Assembly: GCA_964016885.1 (NCBI GenBank)
Contig: OZ024740.1
Location: forward strand, 17,050,001 to 17,114,000
Length of the DNA: 64,000 nt
Direction of reading: 5' to 3'
Origin: Eledone cirrhosa
Lineage: Eukaryota
Each line of letters starts with the position of its first letter. Within the stretch, counting starts at the first letter, position 1. This document shows positions 41,463 through 53,487 of the stretch, piece after piece. The notes under the pieces are model-generated. The model ran no database searches. It saw only the letters and a list, made by a program, of their open reading frames with translations, and was not told the DNA's origin. The translations under genes and the position numbers were made by a program.

Positions 41463-42354
41463 CAGGGTGCGGACGATATTTGTTAGCAAGATTACTGTCT
41501 ATGAAAAAATAACACAGTAGTTTTATTTTTTAAGATATATTTATCAAACTTGAGTCAGTTTGTCTTCATGACTTGTTCTTTCGATCTCACTCGATAAACC
41601 CACCATTGGCTTTGATGACGGCCTCAAGGCGACCTCGGAACCGACTACAGGCCTTCGTCACTGTCTCCCGACTTAGGCCCCTAAAGGTACTTGTGATCCT
41701 GGCCTTCAGATCGTCTTTCATATTGCAGCTAGATCTGTTGGTGTCTCATACCACTGCGCCCCACACAAAGAAGTCGAGGGGGTTGCAGTCAGGCGAGCTG
41801 GGAGGCCAAATGTCGGGTGAAGTGTGGTCGATGAAGTTCTCTGACAGCCAGACTTGGGTCTTTTGGCTGGTATGGCAGGGCGCTGAGTCTTGCTGCCACA
41901 CGTACGGCCTACTTGCAGCGACCTGGTCGATCCAGGGCTTTACTACCTCACTCAGAATGCAGATGTAGCCATCGGTGTTCAGCTTGAGGCTCTCAGGGAA
42001 GAAGTGAGGTGGCATGACGTCACCTTGACTGCTGACGACACCTAAGACCAATGTTGTCGCTGGAAACTTTGTCTGCATGATTCTGGGCACGTCTTTGGAT
42101 GAGACACCATTCTTCTGCTGACGCTGAGAAAGTTTGAAATTTCCTTATTTGTCCTCCCGGCGCGGATTCCAAGAAGAACTCCGTGTCTTTTCCACAAATT
42201 TGGAGGTTCAAAATTATTCATAATCAATTATTCTGAAAATAGATAATGGAAATATAGTCACTGTTTTTATGAAGACAAGAGTGATAACGGAAGTAAAAAA
42301 AATTTGCATAAAATTAGCAGTTGAAAATTGCGAACAAATATTGTCCTCACCCTG
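41463..42354 (-). mobile_element. Internally deleted DD37D (maT) transposon
   Basis: TIRs CAGGGTG(C/A)GGAC(G/A)ATATTTGTT with TA flanks; WQQD...SPDCNPLD with 37 residues between the last two Asp. Confidence 0.9.
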
Positions 42355-42548
42355 TATATATTCTTTGCCATACCTGTTCTTTGCTATAGATATGGATCAC
42401 CCCAAATTGGGTAGATGGAATGTGTGGAAGCCATTAAACGAAAAGTACCTGTAATTCAAAGAACAAGATTTGTTACACACTGGAATAACTTGTTGAAACC
42501 ATAGGAAATCCAACTGTTATGTGTGTGTGTAAAAATGTTAAACGCTGA

Positions 42549-42612
<64 letters not shown>

Positions 42613-42804
42613 AGGGAGTGTAATGCGGAGTTACTGTAGGTTCATCTGGGTGAGCACTTGATTACTACCACAGAGGTCTGACAAGCCATTGATTACAGAG
42701 TCGGACTAGATCGATTCAGATCGAACCTTCAGCTGATCAATAGCGAAACACACATTACCACCAATAAATGTAATGCAGGACTAACCACTCGTCCTTGTTT
42801 TATT

Positions 42805-43572
42805 ATATCATCATCATCATTTAATGTTTATCTTCCACGCTAGCATGGGTTTAGACGGGAATTGTCCCACTTGAGGCAAGATTGGTCAGGTGTCCATGTC
42901 TCGCTTGTATAGGACTGTCTGGCAGGTTTTCTACGGCTGGATGCCCTTCCTAACACCAACCATGTTTACAGTGTGGATTGGGAGGTTTTACCGTGTTACT
43001 TACACAGCCACATTACAACGTGGACTGTGTGTTTTTTGTTGTGACTCCTTCACGACCTCATTTATTTTGGACTGGATGTTGTGGTACCAACTTTACAGAG
43101 AAAGGGTGGTGTTGGTGTATGTGGGAGGGTGGAGTAGGGCTAGTGGGATGGGGTGTATATTTGGTTAAGAGGTGCCTACTGACTGTAGGTTAACTTTGTA
43201 CATAGGCAAGGCGAGTCTTCTGTATTACTGCGTAGCGCCAAAGATCTTGGTCCAGTGACATTGTCTTAGAGAGGTGCAAGTGGGTAAGGTTGTAATTTAT
43301 CAAATCGTCCCAGGTTTTTCTGGGTCTACCTACTCCGTAACTTCCATCAATTTTGAGCGCCCTGCACTTTTTTATACAGCTGTCTTCTTTCATGCGCATC
43401 ACATGACCATACCAACGTAGTCTTCTCTCAAGTAAACAGCATCTGATCCCTCTTATTCCTAATTTCTCACTTAGTTCATTTATATTTTGCCGTTTGCGTA
43501 TATTACTATTACTCCGCCAACGGAGCATGCATGCTTCGTTCCTCTCCAGTCTGCGCAGGTCCTCTGCACACA
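42805..43572 (-). mobile_element. 5'-truncated RTE LINE copy
   Basis: [37 protein letters not shown] plus 3' UTR and (GAT)n; 5' end in (TA)n. Confidence 0.9.
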
Positions 43573-43694
43573 ATATATATATATATATATGCCGAGACTG
43601 AAACATATATATATATAGAATGCACCACCAGCCCCACCCTCCCATACATCTCCCATGAGGGCAGTACAAAGTATGCATCCAGTGAAGCCTCCAG

Positions 43695-44060
43695 CACCCA
43701 CTGTAAAGTGGTCGTGTTGATGTCATGGCAAAAAGCACCCAGTTCACACTTTAAGGTGGTCATGTTGGTGTCATGACAAAAAGCACCCACTCCACACTGT
43801 AAAGTGGTCATGTAGGTGTCATGACAAAAGGCACCCAGTCCACACTGTAAAGTGGTCATGTAGGTGTCATGACAAAAGGCACCCAGTCCACACTGTAAAG
43901 TGGTTGTGTTGGCTCTAGGAAGGTCATCCAGCTGTAGAAACCAAGCCAGAAACAGTTCTGTATGAGCAAGACAACGGTCACCTGACTCAAATGGGACAAC
44001 CCGTCTAACCCATGCTAGCGTGGAAAATGGATGTTAAACAATAATAATGATGATGAAGAC
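43695..44060 (+). mobile_element. RTE/SINE 3' tail with 4-5 tandem ~48-bp units
   Basis: cactgtaaagtggtcatgtaggtgtcatgacaaaaggcacccagtc repeats, followed by the standard tail. Confidence 0.75.
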
Positions 44061-44072
44061 AATATATATATA

Positions 44073-44121
44073 GATTCCTGATGATTTCTAAAGAATGAAA
44101 CAGTTCTAGTCCTGTAGAATC
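44073..44121 (+). ncRNA. Solo canonical family-A hammerhead ribozyme between (TA)n tracts
   Basis: gattc-CTGATGA-tttctaaagaat-GAAA-cag(ttctagtc)ctg-TA-gaatc. Confidence 0.85.
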
Positions 44122-44134
44122 TCATCTCTATTAA

Positions 44135-44188
<54 letters not shown>

Positions 44189-44784
44189 TGTTTGTGTGCA
44201 ATGGAAGAGGTATATATGGTGTGTATAAATTCTGTTTATATATCTGTATCTAGATTATATAACTCAACCAATTTTTTCTGGTTGTTTATTATGTATACAC
44301 TCTCTTTGTGACACCAATTTGATATGGATTGAAAATATTTTCATTGTATATACACACTAACTTAAGTATTACTACTATATAGTTAATGGTTGTAGTATTG
44401 TGGTGGTGCTACTAATACTACTACTACTACTCATAGCAGTATTCTCTATATCAGTACTAATAATTTCTTACAAAAGCACTCAACGTCATCCCTTCGTTGT
44501 CGGAAGACTTAATTTAAATAACTTGACTGGTACTTATATTTCATCAACCCTTGTTGACCTCTATGGGATTTCAACTTAGTATATAAACATATGTAAGACT
44601 CTCAACAAATACCACAAGGCACTATATGCTCTAAATGATTCTGCCAGTCCACTGCCCTAGAATATTTGCTATATCAATATTGAAAAATCAATATTGATAA
44701 TATAGAAAATGAAAAAAATCAATATCCGTAGAAATAACGAAAAGAATATTAAATAACAAGGGAGTGGTGGTAATAATAATAATA

Positions 44785-45125
44785 ATTTCTACTATAGGCA
44801 CAAGGCCAGCAATTTGGGGGGGAGGGGAAAGTTGATTAAATCAACACCAGTGCATTACTGGTATTTTATTTCATTGACCTCGTAAGGATAACAGGCAAAG
44901 TTAACCTTGGTGAGATTTGAACTTAGAACGTAAAGGGCCGTAACTCTATACTGCAAAGCATGGTGTCTGATGCTCTACTGTTACTGCCAATCCAACGCCC
45001 TGGCAATGATAATAATGGGTTCTAATTTAGGCACAAGGTCATCAATTTTGAGGGAAGGGGAAAGTTGATTAAACCTACCCCAGTGTGTTACTGGTACTTT
45101 ATTTTGTTGACCCTGGAGGATGAAT
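44785..45125 (-). mobile_element. Family-1 SINEs (one full, one partial)
   Basis: Reverse complement of the SINE head and body. Confidence 0.8.
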
Positions 45126-45199
45126 AATAGTAATAATGGCTTCTGACATCAGTACAAGATGACAAAAAACAGGGAGGGAGACATAAGAACCTCAGTATA

Positions 45200-45712
45200 T
45201 AACTGGTACTATTGACTATGGTCAACAACTGGTACTATTGGCTATGGTCAACAACTGGTACTATTGGCTATGGTCAACAACTGGTACTATTGGCTATGGT
45301 CAACAACTGGTACTATTGGCTATGGTCAACAACTGGTACTATTGACTATGGTCAACAACTGGTACTATTGGCTATGGTCAACAACTGGTACTATTGGCTA
45401 TGGTCAACAACTGGTACTATTGGCTATGGTCAACAACTGGTACTATTGGCTATGGTCAACAACTGGTACTATTGGCTATGGTCAACAACTGGTACTATTG
45501 GCTATGGTCAACAACTGGTACTATTGGCTATGGTCAACAACTGGTACTATTGGCTATGGTCAACAACTGGTACTATTGGCTATGGTCAACAACTGGTACT
45601 ATTGGCTATGGTCAACAACTGGTACTATTGGCTATGGTCAACAACTGGAACTATTGGCTATGGTCAACAACTGGTACTATTGGCTATGGTCAACAACTGG
45701 TACTATGGTCAA
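45200..45712. repeat. 26-bp minisatellite (actggtactattggctatggtcaaca), ~19 near-identical copies
   Basis: Head-to-tail units with no spacers. Confidence 0.97.
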
Positions 45713-45925
45713 TAACAATGACAAAACAGTGGGGGTGGGATTTACATCTGGTGTGTGTGGAGGAAAGATAGCATATGTATATATACATACATGTATATAT
45801 ACATACATGTATGTATATATACATGTATGTGTGTATAAACATGGAACTTACAAATATAGCAAATGTATGCACATATATATATACTGCACATACACACACC
45901 TATATATACTACACACACACATGTA

Positions 45926-45969
<44 letters not shown>

Positions 45970-46008
45970 TACATACACACCTATGTATTCTTCACACACA
46001 TATATATA

Positions 46009-46064
<56 letters not shown>

Positions 46065-46719
46065 TCTGGTGTTAGGAAGGGCATCCAGCTGTAGAAAACC
46101 CGCCAGATAGTCCTATGCGAGCAAGACAAACACTCTTGCCTCAAGTGGGAAAACCCCCGCCCAAACCCATGCAAGCGTGGAACACGGACGTTAAACGTTG
46201 ATGATGACGATGACACACCTATGTATTCTTCACACACACATATATATATACTACACACACACACACACCTATGTATACTGCACATACACACTTGCATGCA
46301 CATATACTACCCTATGCATAAATCTACACACCTGTACATCCACATACCCATGCATCTACACACACATTATATATACATACCCATACATATACACACACAT
46401 TACATATACATACCCATACATATACACACCTATACAACTACACACCTATACATATACACATCTATACATCTACACACCCATACAACTACACACCTATACA
46501 TCTACACATACCCATTACATACAGTCATGATAATGATGATATTCAGCTACAATAAAATAAATTTGATTATAAAAGAAACTGAAATGAATATTTAAAGAAT
46601 AATAGTGTTAAAACAATATTTGTTAATTAACAGAAAATATTATTTACTGCGATAAGAGAAAACAAGGAATTTTTCTAATTTTGGTACAAGGTCTGATATA
46701 ATTGACTTTTTTTTAATTG

Positions 46720-47085
46720 TTACCGAGATCACAGCTCTGATACTATGGACATGTGGTTAGAATGTCTCAGGAGAGAATCACTGGATAGATCTATAGTCTG
46801 GAGATCAGAGAGTCACTCCAGGTAGAGTCACTACTTCTCCGAAATGAGAGATCCCAGCTCCGATACTATGGACATGTGGTTAGAATGTCTCAGGAAAGAA
46901 TTGCTGGACAGATTTTACGGGCAAAACCAAACGGCAGGAGACTCAGGGGTAGACCCCAAGCAAAATGGTTGGCTAACATCTATGAACTTGGCTGGTTACA
47001 CTTGGAGATCCAGCTGAATCAGTTAGAGATGGTTGCTTCTGACATGACCTGCTGGAAAGAGTGTTTGAGGACTTTGCCCCCAGGA
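46720..47085 (+). mobile_element. RTE-type LINE 3' fragment (same family as 10690-11322) with an internal duplication
   Basis: QLRYYGHVVRMSQERIAGQILRAKPNGRRLRGRP. Confidence 0.75.
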
Positions 47086-47199
47086 TGTATATGTCTGTAT
47101 TCATGCACAGGTATATATGTTTATGTAGACATATGTATTTATGCTTGTGTGCCTGTATGTATACATGTGTATATATGAGTATGTGTAATAAAAAATATA

Positions 47200-47530
47200 T
47201 GGAGGCACATGGCTTAGTGGTTAGAGCTTGCAATGGAAAGGTTGTGAGTTCAATTCTCAGACTGGGTGATGTGTTGTTTCCTTGAACAAGACACTTTATT
47301 TCACATTGCTCCAGTTTACTCAGCTGTAGAAATGAGATGATAGGGACTGGGGTCCCTATCATTCCACTCTAAAGTGGTCATGGAGGTGCCACGGAAAAAA
47401 AGCACCCAGCACTCACTGTAAATGAGGTTGGTGTTAGGAAGGGCATCCAGCTGTAGAGATCAAGCCAGAATCAGTTCCCGTCCCACCCTTGCAAGCAGGG
47501 AAAAGCTGACGTATGATGATGATGATGACA
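47200..47530 (+). mobile_element. Family-2 SINE
   Basis: Homologous to 38236-38575. Confidence 0.85.
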
Positions 47531-47597
47531 CACACACACTGTATGCCAACCACAATAATATTGACATATGCATACACACATGTCAAACACAATGTTG

Positions 47598-48757
47598 ACA
47601 TCATCATCATCATCATCACCGTTTTACGTCCGTTCTTCCACGCTAGCATGGGTTAGACGGGTTGTCCTGTTGTGGGCAGTGTCTGGTCGGCTGACCATGC
47701 CTTGCTCATACAGGAACTGATCTGGCTTGATTTCTACAGCTGGATGCCCTTCCTAACACCAACCTCATTTACAGTGAGTGCTGGGTGCTTTTTCGTGGCG
47801 CCTACACGTCCACTTTACAGTGTGGGCTGGGTGCTTTTTTGCCGTGGCACCTCCACGACCACCTTGCGGTGGGGGGGGGGGGGCATATTGTTTATATGCT
47901 TCAGCATGTACCCATGGGAGGTCGGGTACCCTGTATTACTGCGTGACGCCAGAAGTCACGGTCGTGTGTCATTGACTTTGAGAGGTGTAGTTGGGTAAGG
48001 TCGGCTTTTATCACCTCATCCCAAGTCATCTTGGGTCTCCCCACTCCGCGGTTTCCATCAACTTCTAGTGCTCTGCACCTTTTTATGCAGCTGTCATCCT
48101 TCATACGCATCACATGTCCATACCAGCGTAACCGCCTCTCCTGCACGCAGCATTTGATTCCTCTTATGCTCAGTCTCTCTCTCAATTCATTTATGCTTTG
48201 TCGTTCACGTATATTACTGTTACACATCCATCGGAGCATGCAGGCTTCGTTTCTCTCTAATCTACGTAAGTCTTCCACCTTCAGCGCCCAGGTCTCACTA
48301 CCATGCAACATCGCTGTTCGGATACACGCATCATACAGTCTGCCTTTCATTCTGAGGGAGAAGCCTTTTGCAGCTAGCAGTGGTAGTAGTTCCCTAAACT
48401 TCTTCCATCCCGTTCTTACCCTAGTTATTGTACTTTCTGAGCACCCACCTCCGTTGCTAATTCGGTCACCTAGGTAGCAGAAGCTGTCTACTGTTTCTAC
48501 AGGGCCCTCCCAGAGATTGGTGGTACTTGTTTCCTGTGGCTGTTTGCTTGCTGTTTCAGCACAGCTGCTGCATGTGAATCCTACATTCTTAATTAAGCTT
48601 CCTGAGATCCCGCTACATCTCTTGTGTACCCATTGTTTGCATTTGGGGCAAAGAATGGAGTTCCTACCTACACCTTTCCTACATACTGAGCAAGGCCATT
48701 TCCCTGAGGGGATCTGGGTTCTGTTTTCTCGTCTACTTATAAGGACCTTAGTCTTGA
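47598..48757 (-). mobile_element. 5'-truncated RTE LINE (related subfamily) including the PHD finger and thumb
   Basis: [54 protein letters not shown]; 3' UTR and (GAT)n tail. Confidence 0.9.
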
Positions 48758-48924
48758 CACACAATATATATGTCAAACATAATAATGTTGGTTCACACAC
48801 TTTATGTATATCAATCACAATGTTGGCACACACACGCACACAGTAAGTAGGCCAAACAATGTTGACATACACACAATATCTATGTCAAGTGTAATATTGA
48901 AAATATTTACTTTATATATATGTA

Positions 48925-49485
48925 TCATCATCATTGTCATTTCCATGCTAGCATGGGTTAGAGAAGTTTCCCCGTTGTGATGCCAGATCAGTTGACCATG
49001 TCTTGCTCATATGGAACTGATCTTGACTAGGTTTCTATGGTTGAATGCCCTTCTTTATGCTAACAATTGTGACAGTGTGTACTTAGTGCTTTTTGTCATG
49101 TCACCAACACGATTATTTTACAGTGTGGGCTGGGCACTTTTTATCATATCACCTACATGACCACTTTACACTGTCGACTGTGTGCATTATGTCATGGCAC
49201 CTACATGACCACTTTACACTGTACTGGGTGCATTTTTTTTGTTGTCCACTACAGTGTTGACTGGGTGCTTTTTGTCATGTCACTTACACAACCACTTTAC
49301 ACTGTGTACTCGGTGCTTTTCGTCATGACACCTACATGACCACTTTACACCGTGTACCGGGTGCATTTTGTCATGACACACAACCACTTTATAGTGTGGG
49401 CTGGGCACTTTTTGTTGTGTCACTTACATGACCACTACAGTGTTGACTGGGTGCTTTTTGTCATGTCACCAACACAACCTCTTTA
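48925..49485 (-). mobile_element. RTE/SINE tail with ~8-9 degenerate tandem ~47-bp units
   Basis: Reverse complement of the 43695-43905 unit. Confidence 0.7.
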
Positions 49486-50016
49486 CATATATATTGATTT
49501 CTAACATATTCATAAGGTGAGTGAAGATAATTGATGTTATCAACCTCAGTACTTAATAGGTACTTCATGTTATTGAACCTGGATAGATAAATGTTAACGT
49601 TGTCTTTGCTAGGATTTGAATTCAGAATGTAAATAGTCATAACAAACAGCAACAGATATTTTGTTGAGGGTTCTAACAACTATAACGAGCCATCACCCTC
49701 GTATCAATATCTATAATAATAATGGTTTATGATTTAGGCACAAGGCCAGCAATTTTGGGGGAGGGAGAAGTTGATCAAATTGAATCCAGTGCATTACTGG
49801 TACTTTATTTTATCGACCCCTTAAAGAAGAAAGTAAAGCTAACCGTGGCAATATTTGAACTCAGAACAGTGTGAAGGATGAAAGACAAAATTGGCCTTGG
49901 CAGGATTGTACAGGATAAGTCAACAAATGTTTCAATGCAGTAGTCATATAGCCGTGTGTGTGATATCATTTTACGTTAGGTTTAGATGGGTTTTCACAGA
50001 CCAAGTTAGTATTTAA

Positions 50017-50234
50017 CCCTTTTGTTACCAAACCAGCTCTGGTTCTATGAAATAAAATCACACATTTTAAAGGTTTCCAATTTAAATTAAAATCTTGCAA
50101 CATAATTTTATATAAGATACCTTAAGTTACTATCTCAGTAATGAAATAAAAAATAATTTTCGTAAATCCCTTAAAATTCTTCATTAATTAATTAAAATAG
50201 AATATATTTTATTAGAAATGCAGTCATGAAAGGG
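50017..50234. mobile_element. piggyBac-like MITE
   Basis: TTAA-CCCTTT ... AAAGGG-TTAA ends with an AT-rich non-coding interior. Confidence 0.5.
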
Positions 50235-51078
50235 TTAATAATAACTACTGGCCTCTCGCATTGTATTTACATAGTTGCCTTGTTCTACAGAGTGTTCTGG
50301 GTGTATTTTATGATGGCGCTAGGGAGGTTGTCATGTTTTTGACACAACTGATGAGTCTTCTCCAACTCATCAGGCTGGATGCCCTTCTTAACACCAATCA
50401 CTTTACAGAATGTAGTGGCAGTAGCACTAGAGACGTTGTCATGCCATTAACTCAACTGAAAAGGCCTCTTACGAGAAAGAGAGACAGTGTGTGATACCAT
50501 TATAGATGTCTACAACCTTGCATGTATATGTCTGTGTATGTGTCATAGCCACTGCCATCCTTAATAAAAAGGAAAATTCTCTTTTGTGATTTTATATAAG
50601 GATGGAGATGATAAGGTTGAAAATGGATTTGATTTATGAAACTTTTTTACTCTTTGATAAATGTATTCCTGTGAGCATGGTGTATATATGTGAACTGATG
50701 TACGTACATACATCATGCAACTATATATATTTCTGTGTGTGAGTATATAATGCATAATTGTATATAATATATATTGTGTGTGTTTCTGTGTGTGTATGTA
50801 TATATATATATATTTTCTGTAATGTATGTATATATATTTTGAATGTGGTGTACAGTGTATTTTTTTAATATATACTCTTTCCACATATATCATCACCATC
50901 ATATTCCCAGCTAGCAAAAATGTGTGTGTATGTATATACACACACATGTATATATATACATATATGTATATATATATATAGTTCCCGTATGAGCAAGACA
51001 AGGTCAGCCGACCGGACACTGCTCACAACAGGATAATCCGTCTAACCCATGCTGGCGTGGAAGAACGAACGTAAAACG

Positions 51079-51118
<40 letters not shown>

Positions 51119-51459
51119 CACATATACACACACATATATATATATATATATAATTACACATATACACATATAATTACACATATACACACACATATACAAT
51201 TACACACACACATATATGTATGTGTGTGTATACATATGTATGTATATATGCATCAATGTATGTATATAAGCATGGATGCATGCATATTGATACACAGATA
51301 TATGCGTGTGTTATTTTATATAAAACAATACCACTAACTGCACAAAGAACTCTATGCGAAGTAGGGAAAACAAATATTTTTTAAGGTAACAGTGACTTCA
51401 AAGTTTCACCCCAAAATGGCTTTTCAGACTGTATTTAAGTATATATGTATATTCATCTC

Positions 51460-51504
<45 letters not shown>

Positions 51505-52392
51505 ACTATACATATTTTATTTTCATACATACATGCATACCCTATATATATATACACACACATAAAGCCACAAACATGCATATGCACATACATAATGACA
51601 CACACACACTAGATAAGCATAGTGTGTGCATCTCTCTCTCTTTCTCTATATATATGTGTGCGTGTGTGTATACTATACGTATTTTAATTTCAAGCATACC
51701 CGCATAATATATATAAAGCCACAAACATGCATATGCACATACATAATGGCACACACTACATAAGCATCATCATCTCTCTCTCTCTCTCTCTATCATCATC
51801 ATTTAACGTCCATCTTCCACGCTTGCATGGGTTTGGACGGGAGTTTTCCATCTTGAGGCAAGAGTGGTTGTCTTCCTCACATAGGACTGTCTGGCGGGTT
51901 TTCTACAGCTGGATGCCCTTCCTAACACCAACCACATTTATATATACATTTATATATATATATATATATACATTTATATATATATATATACATTTATATA
52001 TATATATAAATACATTTATATATACATTTATATATATATATATACATTTATATATATATATAAATACATTTATATATATATATATAAATACATCTATATA
52101 TATATATATAAATACATTTATATATATATATATAAATGTATTTATATATATATATATATATATATATACATTTATATATATATATATATACATTTATATA
52201 TATATATATATACATTTATATATATATATATATACATTTATATATATATATATATATATATACATTTATATATATATATATATATATATACATTTATATA
52301 TATATATATATACATTTATATATATATATATATATATACATTTATATATATATATATATATATATACATTTATATATATATATATATACGTT

Positions 52393-52423
<31 letters not shown>

Positions 52424-52710
52424 TTATATATATATATATATCATCATCATCATCATCAACGTTTAACGTCCGTGTTCCATGCTTGCATGGGTTTGGACGG
52501 GGGTAGTCCCACTTGAGGCAAGAGTGATTGTCTTGCTCGCATAGGACTGTCTGGCAGGTTTTCTACAGTTGGATGCCCTTCCTAACACCAACCACATTTA
52601 CAGTGTGGGTCTGGGAGGTTTTTACCGTGTTGCCTACACGGCCACATTACAGCGTGGACTGTGTGTTATATAAATATATATATATATATATACAGTTATA
52701 TATATATATT

Positions 52711-52996
52711 AGGTATAGGATTATCCAAGATGTAGTAATGGTTAATTACTACACTGGATATGGTTGACGTACGGTGAGAGGTTACTCTACGAGTTATGGA
52801 AGAATTGTTGAAGAAACTTAGTTCCTGATCCTTCTGTATTCCGGAGTGTATATAAAGAATGAATAATAACAGGTAGACATCATAAAAAGGTAATTTGCAC
52901 ATAGCATAACTAGGCTGTAGTACCACCGTGGAAACACTTGTAAGCACACAGAATAAATTACCTTTTTATGTCTACCTGTTATTATTCATTCTTTAT
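52711..52996. mobile_element. Hairpin-tail derivative of the 3389-5042 PLE (tail + inverted terminus + pLTR end)
   Basis: 52892-52996 matches 4936-5042; 52849-52896 is its inverted 3' end; the tail carries ACTC...GAGT. Confidence 0.85.
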
Positions 52997-53036
52997 ATAT
53001 ATATATATATATATACAGTTATATATATATATATAC

Positions 53037-53086
<50 letters not shown>

Positions 53087-53130
53087 TTATATATATATAT
53101 ATATATAAATAAATATATATATATATATAT

Positions 53131-53481
53131 AGTAATAATAATAAAATTGAAGACTAAAATCCAAAGAGGGCTCGATAAGGAAAATATATATCAAATATAT
53201 AAGAACTGTAGAGCAAATATTTATTAAAATAACAGATTAAAGTTTAAGCAAAGAATCGCTGCTTTCACCCTTAACGGGATCTTCTGAAACTAACAAAGTC
53301 AATCTGTAAACGCAGAACTGGATATTTCAAAAAACGTTGCAACCGGAAGACAGGAAGACAACGTTTTTTGAAATATCCAGTTCTGCGTTTACAGATTGAC
53401 TTTGTTAGTTTCAGAAGATCCAGTTAAGGGTTAAACCAGCGATTCTTTGCTTAAACTTTAATCTGTTATTTTAATAAATAT
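53131..53481 (-). mobile_element. Hairpin-tail element, family E (arms 53217-53339 / 53359-53481) with a variant hammerhead
   Basis: Minus strand 53241-53291: agttt-CAGAAGA-tcccgttaagggt-GAAA-gca(gcgattctt)tgc-TT-aaact. Confidence 0.8.
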
Positions 53482-53487
53482 ATATAT

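Noticed and set aside
45200-45712. CRISPR-like regular array
   Set aside because: Contiguous 26-bp units with no unique spacers, no cas genes, and a eukaryotic context.
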